From an uncultured Pseudomonadota bacterium (lineage in GTDB: Bacteria > Bdellovibrionota_B > Oligoflexia > Oligoflexales > CAILAO01): DNA of 44,968 bases. Positions 19,154-28,070 of this stretch are shown piece after piece. The stretch's first letter is position 1; every line of letters starts with the position of its first letter. The position numbers and the translations under genes are program-made. The notes under the pieces are model-generated. The model did not search any database. It worked only from the letters and a program-made list of their open reading frames with translations, and had not been told where the DNA came from. The stretch covers positions 1 to 44,968 of the forward strand of contig CAILAO010000667.1 in NCBI GenBank assembly GCA_903832105.1, read 5' to 3'.

Positions 19154-20482
19154 ATGAAGAAACGCCACTTTCCTAGCTCCATTGAATCAAAGCTTTCGCA
19201 AGATGAACGGGAGCTTTCCGCTATTGGGGCTTTTTTCGGTTTTGACTGGTTAGAAAAAGACCTCGATACTCCGGTTCACCGCCTTTGGTCCGATCTCTCA
19301 ACAATTGCGAGCAATGAACTCTATATTTACGATCAGAGCATCAGAGCGTTGAAGGTTCTTCCGAAACCGTGGGTCAGAGAGAGATGCTCTCACATTCAAG
19401 GGGAAAAGCAATCCCGCGCAATCGCTGGAGTGTTGCACGAGCTGATTGTCGCCGGAATGTTTTCGGCTGGCGGGCACACAGTAAAACTGCCGTCCAAAAA
19501 GCAACCTGTATATGATATCGAGATTGTGGGTAAGAACGAGCATATTTCTCGCATCAGCTGTAAGTATGTTGGCGCGAAGACCAGCGAAGTTAGGTTCCAT
19601 GAGGTGATCGAGGATGTTACAAAACAACTTGTCAAGAAGATGCTGCCTGCCTTCCCGTTAAACATGATGTTGCATATTGAAAGTCGCAACTATGAAGCCG
19701 TTGCAGCTTCCGTTGTCCGGGCTTTTGATGAAGCATACAGAAAACACCGGGGTGCACAGGCACCACTGATGTTCGGTTTGACCGATGAACCGAAATATCT
19801 GTTCACACTCACACGTTTGGGAGAGTATCAAGGTCTTAGGTTCAGCAGCATTTCTCCATCCTATTCTCTTATCGCCTGCTATCCGATTCATCCAAATGAG
19901 CAACGCAAGTTCGAGGAATGTGTCGAAAAGGCCGCTGAAGACTTTCAGAAAGTCCCAGCGCAGAACTCATCGAATTTAATTTCAGTGCTCGTAAACGTCT
20001 CTATCGACCTTAAGCGGGCACGCGAATGGATCGAATTGCAGTTTGCAAGCGGAAATCTCTCTTCCATTGATGGGATCTTTGTTCTGCGAATGCAACCCAT
20101 TCAGGAGAAAATTGCCGAAGATAGCTGTACAAACATCGTTTGTACAGAATTCCTTTTCATCGGGAATCACCCTGATGAAGATTATGCCACCTTTGTCACC
20201 AAAAGGTTTGGGAAGCCTCTCACCATGGTTGTTCCGTTAGGAGCGGTCTCCGAATCAGAAACCGATACAAAGATGTGCTTTAACGGACAGGAGTTTGATC
20301 TTCGTGGCAACTATGTGCACTTCGGTGGCGAGCATTTTATTGAAGGCAAGAACGACGTAATAATGTCCTTTCCCAACCTACCAAATATTGCTGTCGCATT
20401 CGACATTGATCCGATGAACAACGGAAACTTGGTGCGCATCACCCCTATTGATAAAAACCGTTCTTACTTTCTGTTGATCTAG
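19154..20482 (+). CDS. hypothetical 442-aa protein, possible PD-(D/E)XK-like N-terminal region
   Basis: Long isolated ORF flanked by about 400 bp of non-coding DNA on each side. LHELIVAG...PVYDIEIVG...RISCKY fits an E..D..xK nuclease-fold spacing only weakly. Confidence 0.7.
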   Translation: MKKRHFPSSIESKLSQDERELSAIGAFFGFDWLEKDLDTPVHRLWSDLSTIASNELYIYDQSIRALKVLPKPWVRERCSHIQGEKQSRAIAGVLHELIVAGMFSAGGHTVKLPSKKQPVYDIEIVGKNEHISRISCKYVGAKTSEVRFHEVIEDVTKQLVKKMLPAFPLNMMLHIESRNYEAVAASVVRAFDEAYRKHRGAQAPLMFGLTDEPKYLFTLTRLGEYQGLRFSSISPSYSLIACYPIHPNEQRKFEECVEKAAEDFQKVPAQNSSNLISVLVNVSIDLKRAREWIELQFASGNLSSIDGIFVLRMQPIQEKIAEDSCTNIVCTEFLFIGNHPDEDYATFVTKRFGKPLTMVVPLGAVSESETDTKMCFNGQEFDLRGNYVHFGGEHFIEGKNDVIMSFPNLPNIAVAFDIDPMNNGNLVRITPIDKNRSYFLLI

Positions 20483-20877
20483 ACCCAGGTAACCCCAAAT
20501 ATGCCGGAAAAACAAAGTGCCGCCTGCTACCGCTTGTTTGGTGATGTTGGGAGTTATCTTCAATCCTCATGCTGCTGTGTGGTTGTCGACAGTGTGGTGC
20601 CATAAAAACCCGTAAACCATCAACTGAAATTGAAAAACTCGACCATCGTAATCATTGGGAGCTACGATCGCAGCCTCTAAATACAAATAGTTATGAGTTC
20701 TTGAGAAAGAGATCTTCCTCTTCTCGATTCCAATTGCAATGACCTAATCAATATTTTGGTATTGATCAGAAACTAAACCCCATCATTGTTTTTGGCTTGC
20801 GGTCGGTTTGGTTGACTCAAATTGTTTTCGGTTTTACTATCGAGTCATATACCCTTTTGCGGTTGGGGGAAAATTCA

Positions 20878-21372
20878 ATGAGAATCAAAACCAAATCCAA
20901 AAGGCTTATCACGGCTCTGAACTACGTCCTGAAGAAAATCCCAAAGAAGGATCGATGTACTTTGCTTGAAAACCTTTTTCGAGTGATATCTCGGAATAGT
21001 TTGCGGACGCCCGGAGATACTCTCGGTTCTGTTAATATCTGCCAAACATCGGCTGAATTCAGGCCCTTTTTAAAGCTTGATTGCGATAGGCGGCAGCTCT
21101 TGGGGCAGATACTCTTCTACAAAGATGTGTTCAGGTTATTCAGCGACAAAGCACTGATAGGCATTGTAGCACACGAGTTTGCCCACGCTCTTCGGGCTTT
21201 TCGGATAGGCGGAAATTGGTACGATGAGATGCAAAAGAGATGGCGACGTGAAGAAAAGTACGCGAATAAAATTGCTGCAACCTGGGGTTTTAGCTCAAAC
21301 ATCAAGGCAATGGAGCGGGAAAGAAAAGAGATTGTGGACCCGTATTTTACTTTTCGAAGAAATGGTCGGTAG
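20878..21372 (+). CDS. small HExxH zinc-metallopeptidase-like protein
   Basis: IGIVAHEFAHALRAF motif. ATG 20878 is preceded by GGGGG. The ORF is open from TTG 20797. Confidence 0.6.
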   Translation: MRIKTKSKRLITALNYVLKKIPKKDRCTLLENLFRVISRNSLRTPGDTLGSVNICQTSAEFRPFLKLDCDRRQLLGQILFYKDVFRLFSDKALIGIVAHEFAHALRAFRIGGNWYDEMQKRWRREEKYANKIAATWGFSSNIKAMERERKEIVDPYFTFRRNGR

Positions 21373-21430
21373 CCTTCCTTCTATTTGAAGATCGGGAAGT
21401 TTTTGTCGCTTATGAAAGGAGGTTAGATTT

Positions 21431-22120
21431 TTGGAACAAAAAGCAATATATCGCAAGGCAGTGAAGCGTTTCGTATTTGTTTGCCTGCTCACTACATGCG
21501 CCCTATTTGGATCGGCGGGCACAATTCTTTGGTGGCGAGGGTGGTTGTTTCTTGCAGTGAACATGACTGTGGTCGGACTTTTAACTGGGGTTCTTTTCAA
21601 AAAGTCACCAGAACTTTTGCGCGAGCGACTGACAGCAAGAAAAAAAGCAAAGCCTTGGGACAGGCTCATCGTATTATTCCTCGCGATGGTTTTTCCTCTG
21701 ATCATGATAATTCTTGCCGGTCTTGATAGACGATACGGTTGGACCACAGGAGTTCCCACGTTTTTATCCGAGGTTGCTTTATTTGTGATGATAGCAGCCA
21801 ATGCGTTCACGGCATGGGCGATGAAATCAAATCCATTTTTCTCAAGCCACGTTCGGATCCAAGAAGATCGTGGCCATATAGTGGTGAGTCAAGGGCCGTA
21901 TAAGCTAGTCCGCCATCCTGGGTACAGTGGCATGATTATTTTCAATCTTGCCGCGCCCGTTCTCTTGGGTTCTTTCCCAGCACTCGGGATTGGCCTGGTG
22001 ATCTGCCTTCTTTTTGTGACCAGAACCTTCTTAGAAGACCGGACGCTGCACAAGGAGCTGGCGGGTTACGCCGCCTATGCCAGGAAAACTAGGTTCCGCC
22101 TTGTGCCGTTTGTTTGGTAA
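21431..22120 (+). CDS. isoprenylcysteine carboxyl methyltransferase (ICMT/PEMT) family membrane protein
   Basis: Multiple hydrophobic segments. VSQGPYKLVRHPGYSG...FLEDRTLHKELAGYAAYARKTRFRLVPFVW. TTG start lies 8 nt after AAGGAGG. Confidence 0.8.
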   Translation: MEQKAIYRKAVKRFVFVCLLTTCALFGSAGTILWWRGWLFLAVNMTVVGLLTGVLFKKSPELLRERLTARKKAKPWDRLIVLFLAMVFPLIMIILAGLDRRYGWTTGVPTFLSEVALFVMIAANAFTAWAMKSNPFFSSHVRIQEDRGHIVVSQGPYKLVRHPGYSGMIIFNLAAPVLLGSFPALGIGLVICLLFVTRTFLEDRTLHKELAGYAAYARKTRFRLVPFVW

Positions 22121-22125
22121 TGGAA

Positions 22126-22326
22126 TTAGGTTGGTTTTTTCCAGGTTCCATTTTGAATGGCTTCATCACGCCATTTTCTTAGCATTTGAAACACCTCAAC
22201 AACTTGTTTGAACTCTTCATCTGTCAGATCCTTTTTGGAGAGTTCTGGTAGTGCAGTAGATGATTCGTCTTGAAACGTGCCTCCCTTAAAACCGTTTTCA
22301 AGATCATTTGCCATGTTTTTTTCCAT
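22126..22326 (-). CDS. hypothetical small acidic protein
   Basis: 66-aa ORF 6 nt downstream of the DnaB-like gene. Confidence 0.5.
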   Translation of the reverse strand: MEKNMANDLENGFKGGTFQDESSTALPELSKKDLTDEEFKQVVEVFQMLRKWRDEAIQNGTWKKPT

Positions 22327-22332
22327 GAGCTA

Positions 22333-23151
22333 TTAAGATTCCATATCGGAAAATGACAGGGTATTAGCGTCAAAGTGTGTTTTAACGCTGCCCAACGGAC
22401 CTTTTCTATTTTTTTCGACAACGATCTCAGTGTTAGTCCCGGGCGTTGAGCCTGAATCAATGTTTTCAATGCGATGGATACGCAAAACTACGTCGGCAAC
22501 CTCAACAATAGATTTGGCTACGGCTTCTTCAGGCGTCTTTGTGATTTGCGACAAAAGCATGACCGGCAACTCAAGCGCCGCAGCCATCGCTTTCAGTTCT
22601 TTGGCTATATCACCGAAGTCACAAGACTCACCCTCAGATTTCATGAGTTGGAGGTAATCGACGACAACAAGTTCGAGCCCTTGAGCCTGTTTCAGCTTTT
22701 CACATGTAGTCGCCAGGTCTCGCACAGAAATTGACCCCTCTTCGATCATGAACCTTGACCCAAGAGCACCGACACTTCGAATAGCATGATCCATTCGATA
22801 TTGTTCCCTTGGCGTAAGGTTGTTCTTTCGAAGTTTCAAATAATCCACACCTGACTCTGCGGCAATGATTCGAATGAATAACTGCGCCGCTGGCATCTCC
22901 AGTGAAAAGAAAGCAACTTTGGATCCGGCTTTTGCCGCTTCAAGTGCGAACTTTGTCGCTAGGGCGGTTTTCCCAACAGCTGGCCTTGATCCTAGAATGA
23001 TCAGATCTCCTTTTTGCCACCCACCAACGATTTTATCAATGTCGAAAAGACCTGAAGGCACCACACACTTATGATCTTGCGATAGGCCACCTGACCACAA
23101 GGCATCGTTCGCCAAAGACGCAGCGTTTTTGCCCAATTCAAATTTTTCCAT
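22333..23151 (-). CDS. DnaB-C-terminal-domain (RecA-fold) helicase-like ATPase lacking the DnaB N-terminal domain
   Basis: Walker A GSRPAVGKTALA, FFSLEMPAAQL and Walker B LVVVDYLQLM. Confidence 0.8.
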   Translation of the reverse strand: MEKFELGKNAASLANDALWSGGLSQDHKCVVPSGLFDIDKIVGGWQKGDLIILGSRPAVGKTALATKFALEAAKAGSKVAFFSLEMPAAQLFIRIIAAESGVDYLKLRKNNLTPREQYRMDHAIRSVGALGSRFMIEEGSISVRDLATTCEKLKQAQGLELVVVDYLQLMKSEGESCDFGDIAKELKAMAAALELPVMLLSQITKTPEEAVAKSIVEVADVVLRIHRIENIDSGSTPGTNTEIVVEKNRKGPLGSVKTHFDANTLSFSDMES

Positions 23152-23298
23152 AGCACCACCTCGTTCAAAAAATTGCCATCAGCGCGACTTCATAACCCTT
23201 TGGAAAAGCGGTGGCAAGCCTTTTTTAGCTTGAGAGCTAAAAAAGAAATTTCGAAAACAATTTCGGTATAAGTAACATTCAAATTCAACTGAAACACG

Positions 23299-24249
23299 TT
23301 AAGCAGCCTTATCGTGTGGTTGATCGTATTTTCGTTTGAGCCATAAATCCTGATAAATCCGTCGAGCGGCCCAACCAATATCGTGTATATATACGCCATT
23401 AACACTTGCGCCAACTACACCTCCAATCGCGGGAATAGCCTGCAATGCTTTTCGTTTTGTGAGATTGATCCCTAACTTTTGCGCAAGATTTTTGACAGCT
23501 AATATTGCACCCTCTTTACTCGTTAATGCCTTTTGAAAACCTTTTTCCGCAACGTCTGTAGCTATTTTTTGGACGCCTTTTTCCGCAACGTCTGTAGCTA
23601 TTTTTTGAACGCCTTTTTCCGCAACGTCTGTAGCTATTTTTTCGATCCCTTTTTTTGCAAGCTCGTTGGCGACTTTTGCGTGCATACTTTTCCAAGTGGC
23701 CTTGGCTAAGGTGACCTTGAGTGCCTGCAATGTCGCCAGCGCCACGGATTTTTCTTCAATGGAATTAGCTCCTGCTGCAGCAAGAATACTAAAAATAATT
23801 TGTCGTTCTTCAGGAGTTTTGCATTCAAAGCCATAACATAAACCAATTTTATGAATTGTCCTCATAGCAAATGTAATAATTGTTGGGATATCGACCACCA
23901 TCCCCGGAAGTCCAAAAAAACCAGTAACGCCACCTTCAGCTACGGCAAGCCCAATCGCCCAGTTGTGAACTGAATTTGAAATACGATCTAATGTTTCAAG
24001 ATTGCAGGATTCTAACTGATCCAGAGATTGCACGGAAGCCTCTTTAAGGATATCTGCAGTATCCGACAGTTTCTCACCAATCCAATTAGATCCCATTAGA
24101 GCGCCTTGAATGGCTTTATTTGGGATTACAAGAGACACTAACCATATAACAGGTTTAAGAGCAAATTCAACATATCGTGAGATAACCCAAGGTTCTTGCT
24201 TTTTCCACTGTTCAATTTGCGTGTGTTGCTCTTGTTCATACTTTTCCAT
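23299..24249 (-). CDS. EcsC-family-like protein with internal 12-aa tandem repeats
   Basis: C-terminal AIPAIGGVVGASVNGVYIHDIGWAARRIY resembles EcsC. ATG 24249 (MEKYEQ) lies 9 nt after AGGAGG. The ORF is open to 24297. Confidence 0.55.
   Translation of the reverse strand: MEKYEQEQHTQIEQWKKQEPWVISRYVEFALKPVIWLVSLVIPNKAIQGALMGSNWIGEKLSDTADILKEASVQSLDQLESCNLETLDRISNSVHNWAIGLAVAEGGVTGFFGLPGMVVDIPTIITFAMRTIHKIGLCYGFECKTPEERQIIFSILAAAGANSIEEKSVALATLQALKVTLAKATWKSMHAKVANELAKKGIEKIATDVAEKGVQKIATDVAEKGVQKIATDVAEKGFQKALTSKEGAILAVKNLAQKLGINLTKRKALQAIPAIGGVVGASVNGVYIHDIGWAARRIYQDLWLKRKYDQPHDKAA
23541..23648. repeat. three tandem 36-bp repeats inside the EcsC-like gene
   Basis: CCTTTTTCCGCAACGTCTGTAGCTATTTTTT(GGACG/GAACG/CGATC) x3, encoding KIATDVAEKGVQ x3, followed by a degenerate fourth unit. 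Confidence 0.9.
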
Positions 24250-24273
24250 AGCAGATTTCCTCCTGTTGATAGT

Positions 24274-24306
24274 AAAAAAAAAACGGCCCCCAACCATGGT
24301 GGCCGC
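24274..24306 (-). terminator. rho-independent terminator or attenuator between the 98-aa gene and the EcsC-like gene
   Basis: On the minus strand, a GC stem CGGCC..GGCCG is followed by T10. It ends about 10 nt before the AGGAGG RBS of the next gene. Confidence 0.55.
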
Positions 24307-24314
24307 AATAAAGG

Positions 24315-24611
24315 TTAATCCAAAAATTTTCCGCCATGTTTGATGATAATTTCTTCTAAATCAGCAAAAATATTTTTACGAAAGGCACGGTGGGCAAAAG
24401 CAACATTTTCTTTTTCCAATTCAAATGCTGATCCGCCTGATACCCGGTTCTCGACAAAAATGAAGCTGGACGTTCCTAATTTGGTGACCTTGATTAGAAT
24501 CTTTTCCGCATCCTCCTCAATGTTTACGGCATTATGAAGGCCCTTGCTTTCAATCGCTTCAATGAATAGTTCCAATACTTTTTTGCGTTCCAAAGGAAGA
24601 AAAAATCTCAA
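24315..24611 (-). CDS. hypothetical protein
   Basis: 98-aa ORF with a 4-nt overlap with the upstream ORF. Confidence 0.6.
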   Translation of the reverse strand: MRFFLPLERKKVLELFIEAIESKGLHNAVNIEEDAEKILIKVTKLGTSSFIFVENRVSGGSAFELEKENVAFAHRAFRKNIFADLEEIIIKHGGKFLD

Positions 24612-24883
24612 GCCTTAGCCCTCCCCATAAATTGTTGTCTGAAACTTTTGACCATTGCATCTCCTGATATTTCCTTTTCCATCAGTTCAAAAATTTCTCT
24701 TGGAATTTCGACAGTTTCGCCACCGACGTTTATGAACAAAAGACTTTCTCCGTTGCGGAGGAGGTTTCTTTCCCATAGAGGGGGAACATCGAATGTGTGT
24801 TCTGTCTTCTGGCTGCCTTCATACACATGAAGAGTGTACTGCCAGAGGGCGAGATTGAGGCTGAGTTTGATGATAATTTCCAT
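24608..24883 (-). CDS. hypothetical protein
   Basis: 91-aa ORF 8 nt downstream of the lipoprotein gene. Confidence 0.6.
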   Translation of the reverse strand: MEIIIKLSLNLALWQYTLHVYEGSQKTEHTFDVPPLWERNLLRNGESLLFINVGGETVEIPREIFELMEKEISGDAMVKSFRQQFMGRAKA

Positions 24884-24890
24884 GGTGCTC

Positions 24891-26651
24891 CTACTTTACG
24901 CAAATGGTGCCTGGTGTCGCAGAGCTGCTGTCAACATCGGACGTTAAACCGGTATCCACCAATCTAATCATCCACCGGCCAGTTGACCCCGACGTTCCGC
25001 TCCAGTAGCCAATGTTCCCGTCAACAATCAAACCAGTCGTGCCATTTGAGATGCCTTGAATATAAGCTCTTTGAAGCTCCTCTTTCTCGGCAAGTCGCCA
25101 TCCAGACACCGCATTAACAACCAATCCGGTGCAATAACTATTGGCATTTGCCCAGGTCTTTTGACCACCACTTTTTGTCCAAATAAGGCCGCTAATGCGG
25201 TCTTTTATCATGCAGTCTGCGGGATAAACCGAACATGTCGTGCTGCCGCTATGAGTAATATCTTGGTAGCTTTCGCCATAACATTTGTCAGCAGCGGGCG
25301 CTACACCACTTCGATTTCTACATTTCATATTTGCCTGACCAGTTGTTGTTCCCACAACCACGTCCTTTCTAACGTCCCAGGGATCTGGAGCATCTGTGCT
25401 GAGCGTTCCAGTCAAACCAAAAATTGCGACACCGCTTTTGATGTTTTCCTCAACAATTGTTGCAGAGCCGCCTCTTTGATATCGATTTCCAGCCGCATCG
25501 AACCATTCGAAGTCGGAAGCACTTTTAATTTTGGCGTCAAAAGTGGCGAGATCAAGATCGGCTGTGCCTGTCGCGCCAATGAGAAGCGCCGAGGATGATG
25601 GATAGATGCCCGTTACTCCGGCGACAATGGCGTCTTTCTTTATGTTGGATGCAACCAGATTTGTGAAGCTTGCGGATCGAAATGCTGCAGTGGTTATACA
25701 ACCCTGTTGATTGTTATCGGTGCAGTTTGTATGGGACTCTTGAATCACATTCCCTGAAATTCCCGCGATGGCGACTCCGGTTTTTACATTTCCTGGCACC
25801 AGATTTGATATATCCGCAGCCTTAAACGTTGCGGTAGTTATGCAGCCTTGCTGACCATTATCATTGCAGTTGGTGTGAGATTCTGGGGTGATGTTACCGC
25901 TCACTCCCGCAATCTCCACTCCACTTTTGATATTGGAGGCGGATAGATTTGTTAAATTTGCAGACTTGTAAGTGGTGTTGGTTAAGCAATTGGTTTGACT
26001 ATTATCTGAACAGCTTGGATAGCTCGCATAATTTCCAGTCACTCCCGCGATTATAGTGCCGCTTTTAATATTTTCAGGTAGCAAGTTTGATATGTCGGCG
26101 GATCTGTAATTCTCCGTTGTGACGCAGTTTAATAGGCCATTGTTCAAGCATTTGCCGTATGGACCCGCATAGGTTCCAGTAACTCCAGCTGTTGTCACAC
26201 CAAGAGCAATCTTGCTGGGAACTAGACTAGTCGTACTTACTGCAACATATTTGCCACCGACAGAACAGTTAACTTGCCCCTCCGTTATACAGGGAATATT
26301 TACCGTATCTTGATATGTTCCGGTTATACCCGAGATAATAATTCCCACCTTAATATTTTGCGGAAGCAAATCTTTTAAGTCTGGTTGTTGCAATGGTTCC
26401 GGCATTTGACCTTCGCCTATAGAACCGTCGCATTTCATAAATTTAACACCAACCAAAACTTTTGAAAGATCGGGATCCGCGCAATCAGGATCAGTCAATT
26501 TTGCTGCCTTATCGCTAGTGATGGCATCGTTTGGATCCTTTTTCGAATTTTTGTCTGTGTCTGTATTTGTCGTTTGATCCTGCGGAACTTGGTTTTGAAG
26601 GCCGCAGCCGAACACGAGCAAAAAAACCACTGCTATTAGAATATGTTTCAT
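24891..26651 (-). CDS. repeat-rich lipoprotein with a C-terminal DUF1566 (Lcl C-terminal-like) domain
   Basis: MKHILIAVVFLLVFGC lipobox. About seven 48-aa repeats (NL.p.NIKsGv.IAGvtGn...C.dn.q.C). C-terminal RISGLIWTK..TWANANSYC..VSGWRLAEKEEL. ATG 26651 lies 9 nt after GAGGAGG. Confidence 0.8.
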   Translation of the reverse strand: MKHILIAVVFLLVFGCGLQNQVPQDQTTNTDTDKNSKKDPNDAITSDKAAKLTDPDCADPDLSKVLVGVKFMKCDGSIGEGQMPEPLQQPDLKDLLPQNIKVGIIISGITGTYQDTVNIPCITEGQVNCSVGGKYVAVSTTSLVPSKIALGVTTAGVTGTYAGPYGKCLNNGLLNCVTTENYRSADISNLLPENIKSGTIIAGVTGNYASYPSCSDNSQTNCLTNTTYKSANLTNLSASNIKSGVEIAGVSGNITPESHTNCNDNGQQGCITTATFKAADISNLVPGNVKTGVAIAGISGNVIQESHTNCTDNNQQGCITTAAFRSASFTNLVASNIKKDAIVAGVTGIYPSSSALLIGATGTADLDLATFDAKIKSASDFEWFDAAGNRYQRGGSATIVEENIKSGVAIFGLTGTLSTDAPDPWDVRKDVVVGTTTGQANMKCRNRSGVAPAADKCYGESYQDITHSGSTTCSVYPADCMIKDRISGLIWTKSGGQKTWANANSYCTGLVVNAVSGWRLAEKEELQRAYIQGISNGTTGLIVDGNIGYWSGTSGSTGRWMIRLVDTGLTSDVDSSSATPGTICVK

Positions 26652-26684
26652 GTGTGTATTCCTCCTCACAAATAATTTGGTGGC

Positions 26685-27344
26685 TTAATGTCCTTGCATC
26701 ATTGCGCGTATTTCAAAAGCATCATCAAGACTGTTTTCGCCCTTACGTGTTTCGACCCAAGTGCCATTACTGGTAAAGTGGCCTTGCGCTTTGAAACGTT
26801 CGCCCGGTAATCCGGCATTGCGCCTGGCGATGCCCATCCGGCGTTCGCAGCGTTCTCGGGAGTCTTTAGTAGCAGAAATCATCTTACGGAGTGTGGTGGT
26901 GAGTTTCTTTTCAGCTTTATATTGCTCATCGAAGAAGCTTTTTTTTACGACCTTGATTTCGCCGTTCACCAGACCAAGTTCTTCCTTGATTTCGACAATG
27001 TCCTTAAAACTGTCAACTTCCTTGTATTCTGGGAGTTCGCCATTTCCACCGAGTCTTGGATCGCTGATGTCAGCACGACATTGTTTTAGGACATAAGCTT
27101 CATGGGCATAATCAGCTTGAAGACGCTCGTTAAGGCTCTGTTGGACAAGCAGTTCGTCGGTAGCAAGGCTTTCTTCTTGAACCAGGATTTGGTTCTTGTC
27201 ATTCAGGCCGACCACCGCATCGCCAACTTTCCCCTTGGTGGCTTTGAGGTCAGCATCAATGTCAAATGCAACATGATCCCTTGTTGCACAACCAACGGTG
27301 AAAAAAGAAGTTAGAATAAAAATCATTGTTAAATGTCTTTTCAT
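26685..27344 (-). CDS. lipoprotein, unknown function
   Basis: MKRHLTMIFILTSFFTVGC lipobox. ATG 27344 follows AAAGGGG. Confidence 0.75.
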   Translation of the reverse strand: MKRHLTMIFILTSFFTVGCATRDHVAFDIDADLKATKGKVGDAVVGLNDKNQILVQEESLATDELLVQQSLNERLQADYAHEAYVLKQCRADISDPRLGGNGELPEYKEVDSFKDIVEIKEELGLVNGEIKVVKKSFFDEQYKAEKKLTTTLRKMISATKDSRERCERRMGIARRNAGLPGERFKAQGHFTSNGTWVETRKGENSLDDAFEIRAMMQGH

Positions 27345-27355
27345 AAAAACCCCTT

Positions 27356-27667
27356 TCAATGTGATTCTTCCGAAGCATTTGGCCGGTAATCATTCCGCAT
27401 TGGAAAGTGGCTTGCTTCGGTTTTAGGTTGCTCTTGTACTTTCTTTGGTTCAGGACATCCCATGGCTTCACGCTCTCTTCGGTAATATTCATCAGGATTA
27501 CTCATAGCCATGTTCATTTCCAGACCATCATAAATAAGCTCTGCTGGGCTGCTAGATCCGATAGGCAAAACAATCTTGAAGCAATCTTCGTTGCACCCCA
27601 ATCCCTTAGGACACTTTGTCGTTTGGCAGCCAAGGAGCATCAAAATTATCGCCAACAATATTTTCAT
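27356..27667 (-). CDS. small lipoprotein, unknown function
   Basis: MKILLAIILMLLGC lipobox starting at ATG 27667. The ORF is open to 27727. Confidence 0.65.
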   Translation of the reverse strand: MKILLAIILMLLGCQTTKCPKGLGCNEDCFKIVLPIGSSSPAELIYDGLEMNMAMSNPDEYYRREREAMGCPEPKKVQEQPKTEASHFPMRNDYRPNASEESH

Positions 27668-27677
27668 GTTTTCCTTT

Positions 27678-28001
27678 CTATTTTTTGTTTTTATCCGAAA
27701 TGTCTTTTTCGATAAGTGGCACGGCACGCTTTACATCGACCAAAAGCCAGCCCTGAAAAACCCGTTCGAGAGGCAACTCCTCCAATGTGGCGGGTCCTTT
27801 GTCGTTTTCACCAAAAGTTAAGTAGTCCAAGCTCACATTGAAATACTTCGCGACTTTTTTTAGGTCATCGAGAGACCGTGGACTTGCTCCAGCGAGCCAC
27901 GTTCGTATCGATGACGCTGGAATTTGCGTGTCATCCGCGAGTTTTTTCACGGTCATTTTTTTCTGTTTCAATAGATCTGCTAAAATTTTCTTTAATTCCA
28001 T
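27678..28001 (-). CDS. XRE-family HTH transcriptional regulator
   Basis: MTVKKLADDTQIPASSIRTWLAGASPRSLDDLKKVAKYFNVSLDYLTFG. It is the first gene of a leftward cluster. Confidence 0.8.
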   Translation of the reverse strand: MELKKILADLLKQKKMTVKKLADDTQIPASSIRTWLAGASPRSLDDLKKVAKYFNVSLDYLTFGENDKGPATLEELPLERVFQGWLLVDVKRAVPLIEKDISDKNKK

Positions 28002-28070
28002 ATATACTCCGAACGGTCGGTCTTCGACCCAGTGTCACTAATCGGATATAAAAAGAAGCCCTTTGAATAA

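Noticed and set aside
20568-20741. 57-aa ORF starting MLLCGCRQCG in the long spacer after the 442-aa gene
   Set aside because: There is no properly spaced RBS, it is below the ORF-track threshold, and it has no recognisable family.
21295-21810. 171-aa minus-strand ORF spanning the peptidase/ICMT junction
   Set aside because: It is antisense to two better-supported genes and has no motif.
23221-23244. Perfect 10-bp palindrome TTTTTTAGCT-TGAG-AGCTAAAAAA between the EcsC-like and DnaB-like genes, considered as a terminator
   Set aside because: The stem is almost entirely A/T, so it is a weak hairpin with no separate T-run. It is kept only as a note.
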